Assembly: GCA_023140175.1 (NCBI GenBank)
Contig: JAGLMD010000057.1
Location: 1 to 51,144 of the forward strand
Length of the DNA stretch: 51,144 nt
From: Nanobdellota archaeon
GTDB taxonomy: Archaea; Nanobdellota; Nanobdellia; Woesearchaeales; WJIZ01
Direction of reading: 5' to 3'
Position numbers and translations under genes: made by a program. This document shows, piece after piece, positions 1 through 8,997 of this stretch. The stretch's first letter is position 1, and the number at the start of each line of letters is the position of its first letter. Below the pieces are notes generated by a model that searched no databases, was not told where the DNA came from, and worked only from the letters and a program-made list of their open reading frames with translations.

Positions 1-85
1 AATATTTTCTTCTGCTTAATAAATACCACCGAAATCTATATAAATTAACCTGCGTTTAATCACTACCCTGTAAGGAGGGATAATT

Positions 86-586
86 ATGAAAACAATTGAT
101 GAATTGAAGAATGAGAAAGGAGAAATAGATAGCAATGCTGTCAAGCAGATTATACCTTATGAAAGGCCTTTTTTAATGATTGACCGTGTTCTAAGCCTGG
201 AAAAAAACAAGATAATAGCAATTAAAAATACAACAGCCAATGAAGAATTCTTTAAAGGCCATTTTGCAGGCTTTCCGATAATGCCGGGCGCTTTAATTAT
301 TGAGGGCATGGGCCAGGCAGCAACCCTAATGATAAGATATAATATTGAAAATCACCTGGAAAAAGAAGTTCTTGCATACAAGATAAAGGAAGCTAAATTT
401 ACTTTGCCAACTTTTCCAGGAGATCAGCTTAAATATGAAGTAGTTTTGCTTGGACAGGATGAACGAGGGGGCCTTGTAAGTGCAAAGGCATTTGTTGATG
501 ACAAGGTAGTTGCTGAGGCGCAGATGATGCTTGCTGTTGTTGACAGAAAAGAATTTCGCTCAAAAGCATCACCAGTATACAAATGA
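86..586 (+). CDS. fabZ: 3-hydroxyacyl-thioester dehydratase, FabZ family (hotdog fold)
   Basis: PFLMIDRV and FFKGHF..PIMPGALIIEGMGQ motifs with catalytic His/Glu; GGAGG SD upstream. Confidence 0.9.
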   Translation: MKTIDELKNEKGEIDSNAVKQIIPYERPFLMIDRVLSLEKNKIIAIKNTTANEEFFKGHFAGFPIMPGALIIEGMGQAATLMIRYNIENHLEKEVLAYKIKEAKFTLPTFPGDQLKYEVVLLGQDERGGLVSAKAFVDDKVVAEAQMMLAVVDRKEFRSKASPVYK

Positions 587-607
587 TTTTTTACGGTTCT
601 AATTACC

Positions 608-1750
608 ATGTCAGCTGAATCTATACCGGAAAGATATGTTAGGGGAGTGGGAATGGCTAAGTTTGGAGTAGATGATAGGCCGACATGGAGTATGTCCCAC
701 GAAGCTATTTCTCAGGCGCTTGATGATTCGGATATCAGCCTAAATAAGATTGATGCAGCAGTGGTTTCCACTGTGGATACGAAAATTAATGAAGAAAGGC
801 AAAGGCACTATCCCCCTCTTCTATCTTCTTTGCTCAGGAAAAAAATACCTATCATAAGGGTTCCTGCTGTCTGCGGTGGAGGGGGAGCAGCCTTTTGGTC
901 TGCTTTAAGGCTAAAATATGATAATGTGCTTGTTCTTGCAGTGGATAGCGTTTTATCAGGCCCAACACCAATAATCACAAACGAGATCATGAATGCTTCA
1001 GAAAATGTATGGGAGCAGCAGGAGGGCATGATTTTTCCGGCAATCAATGCACTTGTAGCACAGCAGCATTTTCTGAAATATGGCACAACCCATGACGATC
1101 TTGCATTGGTTTCATATAAAAACCATAGTTTCGGCGCTCTTAATCCAAAAGCAAGATTTTATGGCAAAAAGGTAAGCCTGGCTGAGATTAAGAGTTCTCC
1201 GGTAATAGCTTCACCATTTACATTATATGATTGTTCAATAAGTGTAAACGGCGCAGCCGCGGCCATAATTTCAAAAGACAAGACCGACATAAAAATCAAA
1301 GGATCTGCTTTAGCTACAGATTACATTGCTCCTTTTGAAAGGGATGACATGACAGTTTGGAATGCCACTGTAAAGGCAGGAGAAGGGGCATACAGGCAGG
1401 CAGGCATATCTCCCTCAGACCTTGATGTTGCAGAACTCCATGATGCTTTTACTATTATAGAGCTGATTGCATATGAAGACCTTGGCTGGTGTAAAAAAGG
1501 TGATTCAAAAAACCTGATAAGGGATGGTTTCACTTCATTAGATGGCAAATTGCCTGTAAATACTTCAGGCGGCCTTAAAGCAAAAGGCCACCCAATATCC
1601 CCAACAGGAATGGCTCAAATAGTTGAGATTATTGACCAATTAAGAGATAGATGTAATGATCGGCAGGTAACTTCTCCTAAATATGGCCTTGCCCATAATG
1701 TTGGCGGCCCGGGTGGAACAACAACAGTCCAGATTTTCAAAAAGGTATGA
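608..1750 (+). CDS. Archaeal/SCP2-type thiolase (acyl-CoA C-acyltransferase), copy 1
   Basis: GVGMAKFG start, active-site CGGGG, ELHDAF, NTSGGLKAKGHP, HNVGG motifs. Confidence 0.9.
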   Translation: MSAESIPERYVRGVGMAKFGVDDRPTWSMSHEAISQALDDSDISLNKIDAAVVSTVDTKINEERQRHYPPLLSSLLRKKIPIIRVPAVCGGGGAAFWSALRLKYDNVLVLAVDSVLSGPTPIITNEIMNASENVWEQQEGMIFPAINALVAQQHFLKYGTTHDDLALVSYKNHSFGALNPKARFYGKKVSLAEIKSSPVIASPFTLYDCSISVNGAAAAIISKDKTDIKIKGSALATDYIAPFERDDMTVWNATVKAGEGAYRQAGISPSDLDVAELHDAFTIIELIAYEDLGWCKKGDSKNLIRDGFTSLDGKLPVNTSGGLKAKGHPISPTGMAQIVEIIDQLRDRCNDRQVTSPKYGLAHNVGGPGGTTTVQIFKKV

Positions 1751-1765
1751 GTTAGGTGATAAGAG

Positions 1766-2893
1766 ATGGCTAAAATATTAAGATGGTTATGCGAAAAATG
1801 CAATAAGAAGTGGATTTACCCAATTGAGACATGTTTATACTGTAAAGGCAAAGTAAAGAAACAAATAGGAACAAAAACAAAAGTCATAGGCTACACAAAA
1901 GTCAGTATTCCAAGCCCATTACATCCTGTTATTCCTTATAATGTGCTTCTATTAGGGGATGAACATGGAAATAAGATGCCTAAGAAAACAATCAAAGACT
2001 ATAATGTTGGTGATTTATATGAAGATATTCCAGATTCTTCTGAGAATTCTATATCGGCTGTAAAGATAAAATATGATTATTATGAGGCTGTAAAGGAAGC
2101 ACTAGAGCTTATCGGAGATATAATTGTAGATGAAAATAAGAAAATCCTCGTGAAGCCAAATTTAAGCATACCTGGCTACTCTTACCTTGGTATGTGTACA
2201 AACCATAAACTCATGGATGCCCTTATTCAATTACTTCTTGATAAGGGGGCAAAAAAAGAAAACATAACAATAGCAGAGCAGTCCTTCTTTATGCCGCTGG
2301 AAAAAGCAGTAGCTAAAACAGGCACTCCAGAAATAATAAAAAAATATAGCATTAATTACGTAGATATCTCCAAAACAGAGTTTGAAGAAAAGAAAATAAG
2401 AGAATTCACATTTGAGATTTCTAAAATTGTAAATGACTTTGATGTAATCTTGAATGTTCCTGTAATAAAAACAGACATGCTTCTTGGCTTAGATGGCTCT
2501 TTTGAAAATCTTACAAGGTTCCTTTCAAAGAAGAATTTTGATGAGCTTGCAAAAGATCCGCAGAAAGCTGCATTGGCCCTAGCTGTTCTTCCTGGCTTAT
2601 TCCCAAAATTTATAACTATCGGAGATGCATCTATAGGCTTACAGGGAAATGGCCCTGCCCAATATGGAGAACCAGGTTACTATGATATAATATTTGTAGC
2701 AAGAAATCCTGTTGTTCATGACAGGGCAGTTCAGGAAGTTCTTTGCTTGAGAAAATTACCTTATGTAGAACTAGCATCTCAACTCGGCTCAGGCGAATAT
2801 GATATTTCAAAAATAAAATTTATAGGAAATGAATTAGAAGCTTTAAGACGAGACATAAAACAGCCAATTGGCTCAAAACTGATTAAGAAATGA
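1766..2893 (+). CDS. DUF35-like Zn-ribbon/OB-fold thiolase partner fused to a DUF362-like domain
   Basis: N-terminal CEKC...CLYC plus V.GYTKV...H...PY OB-fold pattern; C-terminal ILVKPNL and LNVPVIKT DUF362-like motifs; directly follows thiolase. Confidence 0.7.
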   Translation: MAKILRWLCEKCNKKWIYPIETCLYCKGKVKKQIGTKTKVIGYTKVSIPSPLHPVIPYNVLLLGDEHGNKMPKKTIKDYNVGDLYEDIPDSSENSISAVKIKYDYYEAVKEALELIGDIIVDENKKILVKPNLSIPGYSYLGMCTNHKLMDALIQLLLDKGAKKENITIAEQSFFMPLEKAVAKTGTPEIIKKYSINYVDISKTEFEEKKIREFTFEISKIVNDFDVILNVPVIKTDMLLGLDGSFENLTRFLSKKNFDELAKDPQKAALALAVLPGLFPKFITIGDASIGLQGNGPAQYGEPGYYDIIFVARNPVVHDRAVQEVLCLRKLPYVELASQLGSGEYDISKIKFIGNELEALRRDIKQPIGSKLIKK

Positions 2894-3069
2894 ACTATAT
2901 AAAGATATGTCCAAAATGTGGAAGCACTGATACAAAAATACCTAATGCAGGATTGGATATGAAGATGATCCTGGCAGATAAATGCTTAAATTGCGATTTT
3001 ATCGGTAATTTCCCGGAAGTAGAATCTGACAAAATAGAAGAATTCAAGGATAAAATAAAAAAACAATGA
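2890..3069 (+). CDS. 59-aa CPxCG Zn-ribbon microprotein (not in ORF track)
   Basis: Hand translation [59 protein letters not shown]; ATGA overlaps with both neighbours. Confidence 0.8.
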   Translation: MNYIKICPKCGSTDTKIPNAGLDMKMILADKCLNCDFIGNFPEVESDKIEEFKDKIKKQ

Positions 3070-4145
3070 CAGAAAAAATATTAATGAAAGGAAATGAAGC
3101 TATGTCTGCAGCAGCTGTAAAAGCAGGCTGTAAATTCTATGCAGGCTATCCTATCACTCCTCAAAATGAAGTTACCCAGTACCTTTCAAGAGAACTGCCT
3201 AAAGTCGGATCTGTATTTATTCAGGCAGAGTCTGAGCTGGCTGCCATCAACATGGTCTTTGGCGCTTCATCTACAGGAGCCAGGGCAATGACCTCTTCAT
3301 CAAGCCCCGGTATCAGTTTAAAGCAAGAAGGGATATCATATATCGCAGCTGCAGAGCTTCCTTGTGTTATTGTGAATGTAATGAGGGGCGGCCCTGGTTT
3401 AGGTAATATTATGGGTTCTCAGGGGGATTATTTTCAGGCTACTAAGGGAGGCGGCCACGGAGATTACAGGTTGATTGTGCTTGCTCCATCTTCAGTACAG
3501 GAAACGTACAACCTGACAATCATGGCTTTTGATTTGGCAGACAAATATCGTAATCCAGTCATGATTCTCACAGATGGTGTTCTTGCTCAGATGGCAGAAG
3601 CAATCGAACTAAAAGAACCCCCATCACACCACAATCTACCAAGAAAAGATTGGGCTTTAACAGGATGCAAAGGAAGAAAACCAAATGTGATAAAGACGCT
3701 TCACCTTTATCCTGCAGATGCCCTTGAAAAAGTGAATATAATGCTTGATAGGAAGTACAAAAAAATAGAAGATGAACTCCAAAAATGCGAAAAGATAAAT
3801 TGTGATGATGCGGATATTGTTGTAATAGCTTATGGCTTGCCTTCAAGAATCGGAAAGTCAGCAATAAAAAAAGCAAGACTAGACGGAATAAAAGCCGGCT
3901 TATTAAGGCCAATTACCCTGTGGCCATTTCCAAAAAAAGAAATTCAGGAAATCTCCAAAAAATGCAAAAAATTTCTTGTTGTTGAAATGAGTAACGGCCA
4001 GATGATAGAGGATGTAAAGCTCGCATTATATGAAAATGGCAATGAAATAGATATATCTTTTCTCGGAAGAGGCGGCGGCTGGTATCCAAAGCCGGAAGAA
4101 GTGTTGAACAAGATAAAAGAAGTTATTGGAAATGGAAAACAATAA
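3066..4145 (+). CDS. vorB: 2-oxoacid:ferredoxin oxidoreductase alpha subunit, Vor (2-ketoisovalerate) type
   Basis: [60 protein letters not shown]. Confidence 0.85.
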   Translation: MTEKILMKGNEAMSAAAVKAGCKFYAGYPITPQNEVTQYLSRELPKVGSVFIQAESELAAINMVFGASSTGARAMTSSSSPGISLKQEGISYIAAAELPCVIVNVMRGGPGLGNIMGSQGDYFQATKGGGHGDYRLIVLAPSSVQETYNLTIMAFDLADKYRNPVMILTDGVLAQMAEAIELKEPPSHHNLPRKDWALTGCKGRKPNVIKTLHLYPADALEKVNIMLDRKYKKIEDELQKCEKINCDDADIVVIAYGLPSRIGKSAIKKARLDGIKAGLLRPITLWPFPKKEIQEISKKCKKFLVVEMSNGQMIEDVKLALYENGNEIDISFLGRGGGWYPKPEEVLNKIKEVIGNGKQ

Positions 4146-4872
4146 AGAAAATAAAGAAGCAACATTAAGGCAGGTAAAAATGCATTACTGTCCTGGCTGC
4201 GGCCATACAATAGCCCATAGGATAGTCGCTGATGTAATCGATGAATTAGGAATAAGGGAAAAGACGATAGGCTCTGCACCAGTGGGCTGTGCAGTTTTGT
4301 TGTATGATTATTTCAATTGTGATATTATTGAATGCCCTCATGGCAGAATACCTGCAGTTGCAACAGGAATAAAGAGAACCAACCCAGACAAAATAATTTT
4401 TGTTTATGGCGGCGATGGTGACTTACTCTCAATAGGGATGGCTGAAACAATACATGCTGCAAACCGCGGAGAGAATTTTACTGTTATATTTATTAATAAT
4501 GCAATCTATGGCATGACAGGCGGCCAGATGGCGCCAACAACTTTGATAGGCCAGAAAACAATAACAACCCAGGATGGCAGAGATGCCGACACAACAGGAA
4601 TGCCAATAAGGATATGCGAGATGCTTGCTACTTTGGGAAAGCCAGCTTACATCGAAAGAGTCGCTGTTAATGATGCTCAAAACATTGCAAGAGCAAAAAG
4701 CGCAATTAAAAAAGCATTCAAAAACCAGATAGAAGGAAAGGGGTTTTCTTTTGTTGAAGTATTATCAATGTGCCCGACAAATTGGAAGTTAAGTATAAAA
4801 GATGCATGTAGGTTTGTTAATAATGAAATGGCAGGTTATTTTCCTTTGGGCAAGTTTAGGGATATAGATTAA
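4132..4872 (+). CDS. 2-oxoacid:ferredoxin oxidoreductase beta (TPP-binding) subunit
   Basis: [12 protein letters not shown]...[21 protein letters not shown]; start could be 4126. Confidence 0.88.
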   Translation: MENNKENKEATLRQVKMHYCPGCGHTIAHRIVADVIDELGIREKTIGSAPVGCAVLLYDYFNCDIIECPHGRIPAVATGIKRTNPDKIIFVYGGDGDLLSIGMAETIHAANRGENFTVIFINNAIYGMTGGQMAPTTLIGQKTITTQDGRDADTTGMPIRICEMLATLGKPAYIERVAVNDAQNIARAKSAIKKAFKNQIEGKGFSFVEVLSMCPTNWKLSIKDACRFVNNEMAGYFPLGKFRDID

Positions 4873-4874
4873 AT

Positions 4875-5426
4875 ATGAAAAAAATGGAAGAAAAAATTTT
4901 TATTGCAGGATATGGTGGGCAAGGAGTTGTTCTGGCAGGAAATATACTGGCATATGCAGCTTTAAAAGAAGACAAGAATATACTGGGGATGGTTTCTTAT
5001 GGCGCAGAAGTGCGTGGAGGAGCATCAAACAGCTCTGTAATTATATCAGATGACGAAATTGACTGTCCTATAATCGAAGAAGCAGAAATAGCCATTATTC
5101 TTAGCCAGGAATCCTATGATAAATTCCAGTCAAAAGTAAAGAAAAATGGTTTTTTGTTCTTAAATTCCTCAAAAGTCAACATTGACAAAAAAAGAGAAGA
5201 CATAACAATAGTTGAGATACCCGCAACAAAAATAGCCGCTGAAATGGGTAATGTACGGGTAGCTAATCTGGTACTTGTCGGTGCTTTGATAGAAAAAACA
5301 AAGATTCTTAAGAAAGAAAGCGTCATTTCAGCATTAAACATAATATTTTCAGGTGCCAGAAAGAATTTGGTATACATCAATGAATGTGCTGTTAAAAAAG
5401 GGATAGAACTTGCGGCCAATAATTAA
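4875..5426 (+). CDS. 2-oxoacid:ferredoxin oxidoreductase gamma subunit
   Basis: AGYGGQGV, SYGAEVRGG, ANLVLVGA motifs. Confidence 0.88.
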   Translation: MKKMEEKIFIAGYGGQGVVLAGNILAYAALKEDKNILGMVSYGAEVRGGASNSSVIISDDEIDCPIIEEAEIAIILSQESYDKFQSKVKKNGFLFLNSSKVNIDKKREDITIVEIPATKIAAEMGNVRVANLVLVGALIEKTKILKKESVISALNIIFSGARKNLVYINECAVKKGIELAANN

Positions 5427-5452
5427 ATAAATCATAATCGAGTTGAAATATC

Positions 5453-6580
5453 ATGTACATAAAAGGAGTAGGTATGACAAAGTTCGGAATTTCAGATAAA
5501 TTCTCGCATCAGCTGGCTTACGAAGCCACATTAAAAGCATTAAATGATGCTGATATGAATTTCAATGAAATAGATGCTGTTGTTTGTTCTTCATTGGAAT
5601 GGTTCTTCTCAGTTGAGAAGCAGAGGCATTTTGCAAGCATGCTCTCTTCAATGTTCAAGACAAATAAGCCCATAGTAAGGGTTCCTGCAGCGTGCGGCGG
5701 CAGCGGTGCAGCTTTGTGGTTTGCTAATCAGCTTGAATTCAATAATATTCTTGTTGTTGGCGCAGAAAAGCTCATGACTGGTAATTCAGAAGCAATTACA
5801 GATGAGTTTATGATGGCTGCTGAAAGCAAATGGGAGCAGACCCAAGGACTTATTTTTCCAGGGCAGAACGCTTTAGTTGCCCAGGAATATATGCTGAAAT
5901 ACCCGGAAACAACAACAGAGCATCTGGCTTTGATAGCATATAAGAATCATTCAAACGCACTGCTTAATCCTTATGCAAGATTTTACAAAACAGAAATTTC
6001 CTTAGATAAGATAAGAAACTCTCCTGTTGTTTGTTCTCCTTTAAGGCTTTTTGATTGCTCAATCTCAGCAGATGGAGCATCCGCAGCCATAATATCAAAA
6101 GACAAGACAGATATAAATATAATTGGCTCAGATCTCTCCACAGATTATCTGCCCACATTCGAAAGAGATGATAACACTTCATGGGATGCATCAACAATAA
6201 CTGCAAAAAATGCATATAAGCAGGCAGGAATAGGACCCTCAGATGTCGATGTCGCAGAGCTTCATGATGCCTTCACTAGTGTGGAATTGATAGCATACGA
6301 GGATCTAGGCTTTGCAGAAAAAGGCAAAGCCTATAAAAAAATAGAAGACGGCTACTTTAACTTAGACGGCAAATTGCCCATAAATACTTCAGGCGGCCTT
6401 AAAGCAAAAGGCCATCCAGTCTCAGCCACTGGCTTATCACAAATATATGAGTTAGTGAAACATTTAAGAAATGAAACAGGTGCCAGGCAGGTTCCTAATG
6501 CAAAGATAGGGTTAGCACAGAATATAGGCGGGGCAGGAGGCACAGTTTCTTGTCACTTATTAAGAAAAATAGGGGGTTAA
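5453..6580 (+). CDS. Archaeal/SCP2-type thiolase, copy 2
   Basis: ACGGSG active-site Cys, GAEKL, ELHDAF, SGGLKAKGHP, QNIGG; paralog of 608..1750. Confidence 0.9.
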   Translation: MYIKGVGMTKFGISDKFSHQLAYEATLKALNDADMNFNEIDAVVCSSLEWFFSVEKQRHFASMLSSMFKTNKPIVRVPAACGGSGAALWFANQLEFNNILVVGAEKLMTGNSEAITDEFMMAAESKWEQTQGLIFPGQNALVAQEYMLKYPETTTEHLALIAYKNHSNALLNPYARFYKTEISLDKIRNSPVVCSPLRLFDCSISADGASAAIISKDKTDINIIGSDLSTDYLPTFERDDNTSWDASTITAKNAYKQAGIGPSDVDVAELHDAFTSVELIAYEDLGFAEKGKAYKKIEDGYFNLDGKLPINTSGGLKAKGHPVSATGLSQIYELVKHLRNETGARQVPNAKIGLAQNIGGAGGTVSCHLLRKIGG

Positions 6581-6587
6581 GATAAAA

Positions 6588-7328
6588 ATGTCGTTTAAAG
6601 GAAAAAATGCGTTAATAACAGGTTCAGCTCGTGGTTTAGGAAAAGAAATGGCCATGGCCCTTGCAAGAGAAGGCAGCAATATCATCATCAATGATATCGA
6701 GCCTATGAAAGAAGAAGCATTAAAGACAGTCGAAGAAATAAAAAAACTGGGTGTAGAATCAGAATTTATTGCAGCAGATGTCTCTGATTTTGAGTCCTGT
6801 AAAAAAATGGCAGATGCCATAAAAGAAAAGTTCAAAGAAGTTCACATCCTTGTGAATAATGCAGGCATAACAAAAGACCGGACATTAAAAAAAATGTCAC
6901 CAGAAGAATGGTATCCTGTTATTAATGTGAATCTTAACTCTTTGTTCAATGTCACGAGAAATGTCCTTGAAATGATTCCGGATGAAGGCAGGATAATAAA
7001 TATAAGCTCTTTAGCTGGCATTTCTGGTAATTTTGGCCAGACAAACTATGCTAGTACAAAAGCAGGCGTTATCGGCTTCACTAAATCATTGGCAAAAGAA
7101 GTCGGAAAGAGAAAGATAACTGTAAATGCAGTTGCACCAGGCTTTATTAAATCGGCGATGACAGACAAAATACCATTAGAACTTTTGTCCAACATCTTGC
7201 AGCTTATTCCACTAAGAGAAATAGGCCAGCCAGAAGACGTTGCAAACGCAGTAAAATTCCTTGCCTCAGATGAAGCAAAATATGTGTCTGGAACAGTGAT
7301 AAAAGTGGACGGCGGAGTCAGTTTTTAA
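6588..7328 (+). CDS. fabG: 3-oxoacyl-thioester reductase (FabG/PhaB-like SDR)
   Basis: TGSARGLG, VNNAGITKD, GNFGQTNYASTKAG, VAPGFI. Confidence 0.9.
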   Translation: MSFKGKNALITGSARGLGKEMAMALAREGSNIIINDIEPMKEEALKTVEEIKKLGVESEFIAADVSDFESCKKMADAIKEKFKEVHILVNNAGITKDRTLKKMSPEEWYPVINVNLNSLFNVTRNVLEMIPDEGRIINISSLAGISGNFGQTNYASTKAGVIGFTKSLAKEVGKRKITVNAVAPGFIKSAMTDKIPLELLSNILQLIPLREIGQPEDVANAVKFLASDEAKYVSGTVIKVDGGVSF

Positions 7329-7369
7329 GCTTTGCTTGCTCTTTTGCTTCTTTTTTCTAAAAAAGAAGA

Positions 7370-7639
7370 TTATAGTGGAAAAAATAAATATTTATGTTCT
7401 TTATAGAATAACATGTATTTGTAATTTCTAATTATGTCAGCAAATTGTTTCTTTATTTCTTCTAAAAAATTTCTTAAATCTTGGATTGTTTTGATCTGAA
7501 CTTCTATTTCAATATCATCTCCTCCCAAAATTTCATTATCATAAGTTACGTTAAGATGTTGTCTTAGGTAAGATCTAAACTGTTTTTCTTTTTCTTCAAT
7601 TAAATTATGGAGATTAAAGTGGATTTTGATTATAATCAT
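7370..7639 (-). pseudogene. C-terminal fragment of an Lrp/AsnC-type regulator
   Basis: Resembles ligand-binding domain (ILGGDDIEIEV...LRNFLEEIKKQFADII..Y); no HTH, 5' part missing next to the TA/IS scar. Confidence 0.55.
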
Positions 7640-7756
7640 TTTTCCAGCCGCTTACTGTAGAAGGAGCTAAAATTTCGCTTTCTAAGTGTGCACATTTAGG
7701 GGTTCACTCCAAAGAACTAAAAATATTATTCCTAAACTCAATAACTTCATAGTAAT

Positions 7757-8131
7757 TCACTTCTTCTTGTATCCAAAAATCTTATCATATTTCTTATGAT
7801 CCATGAATTCCAGAACAAAAGCAATTATCTTGACTTCATCTCCAGAGATTGTATAAATCATTCTCCAATAGCCTACTAAATCAACTTTCCATAGTCTATC
7901 AGTTCCATAGCGATTAACAATAGCCTTAGAGACATTTCTTCTAGGAATGTGTATTCCATATTGAGGTTCAATTTTGATATTGTCCTTTTCTCTATCAATT
8001 GATTTTAGCAATTGCATATTAGATGAATTCTCAATACCCTGTCCCTTTTCTTGCAAGACTTTCTTCTGTAATTCCCTATAGTCGTTGTTAGCATCTTCAG
8101 AAAATTCCACCCATATTTCTTTGTTATGCAT
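7757..8131 (-). CDS. RelE/ParE-like toxin
   Basis: VEFSEDA start, LWKVDLVGYWRMIYTI, DHKKYDKIFGY tail; abuts upstream small DNA-binding gene. Confidence 0.65.
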   Translation of the reverse strand: MHNKEIWVEFSEDANNDYRELQKKVLQEKGQGIENSSNMQLLKSIDREKDNIKIEPQYGIHIPRRNVSKAIVNRYGTDRLWKVDLVGYWRMIYTISGDEVKIIAFVLEFMDHKKYDKIFGYKKK

Positions 8132-8404
8132 TTATGCCACCCTAACTGCATTCTTTAACAAATCCTTTAATTTTGGACTAGGATTATTAACCCAGGTTAT
8201 GCCTCTTGAACCAATTATAATTTTACCGCTATTTTCCAAATACTCCAAAATTAAATTTAAAGTCTGATGCATAATCTGAGTAGGGAGTCTTCTTTTTAAT
8301 TCTGCTTTAGATACCACTGTATCTGATTCTTGTATAATCTTCTCAACAATTAAAACAGTCCTTAGATTGGGGTAATGTAAAATTTGATTTTGCATTTTTC
8401 TCAC
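8132..8404 (-). CDS. Winged-helix protein, putative antitoxin
   Basis: PNLRTVLIVE...LKRRLP..IMHQTLNLILEYLE.SGKI wHTH-like pattern; immediately upstream of toxin; start may be a few codons downstream. Confidence 0.65.
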   Translation of the reverse strand: MRKMQNQILHYPNLRTVLIVEKIIQESDTVVSKAELKRRLPTQIMHQTLNLILEYLENSGKIIIGSRGITWVNNPSPKLKDLLKNAVRVA

Positions 8405-8407
8405 TAA

Positions 8408-8447
8408 TTATATAAGTTTATATATGTATAAGTTTATATAATATTTA
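8408..8447 (-). promoter_or_regulatory. TA promoter/operator: two copies of near-palindromic TATAAGTTTATATA
   Basis: ttatataagtttatatatgtataagtttatataata directly upstream of the antitoxin. Confidence 0.5.
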
Positions 8448-8478
8448 AATCTTTCGTTAATTTTTCTCTCTTTTTGTC

Positions 8479-8665
8479 GGTTCTCTTCACATCAACGAAT
8501 GATAACTTCTAAGCATAAACCTCTTCTCTTTTTATTGGATTATTAAATCAACAATGATAAGAAAGTAATATTTTGCTTTACTCCTGCTTTCATAGCAGGA
8601 GTAATCCCTCCAAGGCTGCTCTTAGAGCAAAGAAGTTCCTGTGCATCTCATAGGGCTTATCATAA
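8479..8665 (-). mobile_element. Degenerate IS remnant (DDE transposase C-terminus plus probable terminal IR, IS6-like)
   Basis: Minus strand reads YEMHRNFF then, after a frameshift, SLGGITPAMKAGVK (TPA..AG transposase tail); GGTTCTCTTCACA at 8479 resembles IS6-type GGTTCTGTTGCA ends. Confidence 0.5.
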
Positions 8666-8932
8666 AATGCCCCGGATTTTCTTATAATAGTAAATGCAAA
8701 TGCAGATCTAATAGCCTCAAGAGCAAAAAAAGACAGCAATGGGATATTTGACAATCTCTTCTTCCAGAGAAGAATAGAAGAACGTTTTGAATCAGGATGG
8801 TTAAAACAGATATTTGAAAGATTTGGCTCAAAAGTCCTCTATTTAGATGGAAATTGCTCAATCTCAGAACTGAAAGAAAAGGCTTTAAAACTGTTTAAGG
8901 ATTATGTTTTAGAAGGCCAGAAAACCCTATGA
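8666..8932 (+). pseudogene. 3' remnant of a thymidylate-kinase-like gene
   Basis: Start-less open frame NAPDFLIIV...IFDNLFFQRRIEERFESGWLKQIFERFGSKVLYLDG...QKTL*, beginning exactly at the IS remnant edge. Confidence 0.5.
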
Positions 8933-8997
8933 TTCTTTTTATATTCACCCCCCAAAACCTTTATAAATTACACTAATTTTCAACTCAAGAGGGGAAA

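Noticed and set aside
608-2893. Mevalonate-pathway thiolase/DUF35 module
   Set aside because: No HMG-CoA synthase or reductase nearby; neighbours are FabZ/FabG/PlsC. Cannot be excluded genome-wide.
5453-7328. PHA synthesis (phaA-phaB)
   Set aside because: No PHA synthase in the window; the dehydratase and acyltransferases point elsewhere.
7699-7736. Tn3-like 38-bp inverted repeat (GGGGTTCAC...CCTAAA)
   Set aside because: Only loose resemblance; no matching partner end or Tn3 transposase found.
8578-8606. 11-bp perfect hairpin as a terminator
   Set aside because: Falls inside the transposase-tail remnant (TPAMKAGV codons) and is not at the end of an intact gene.
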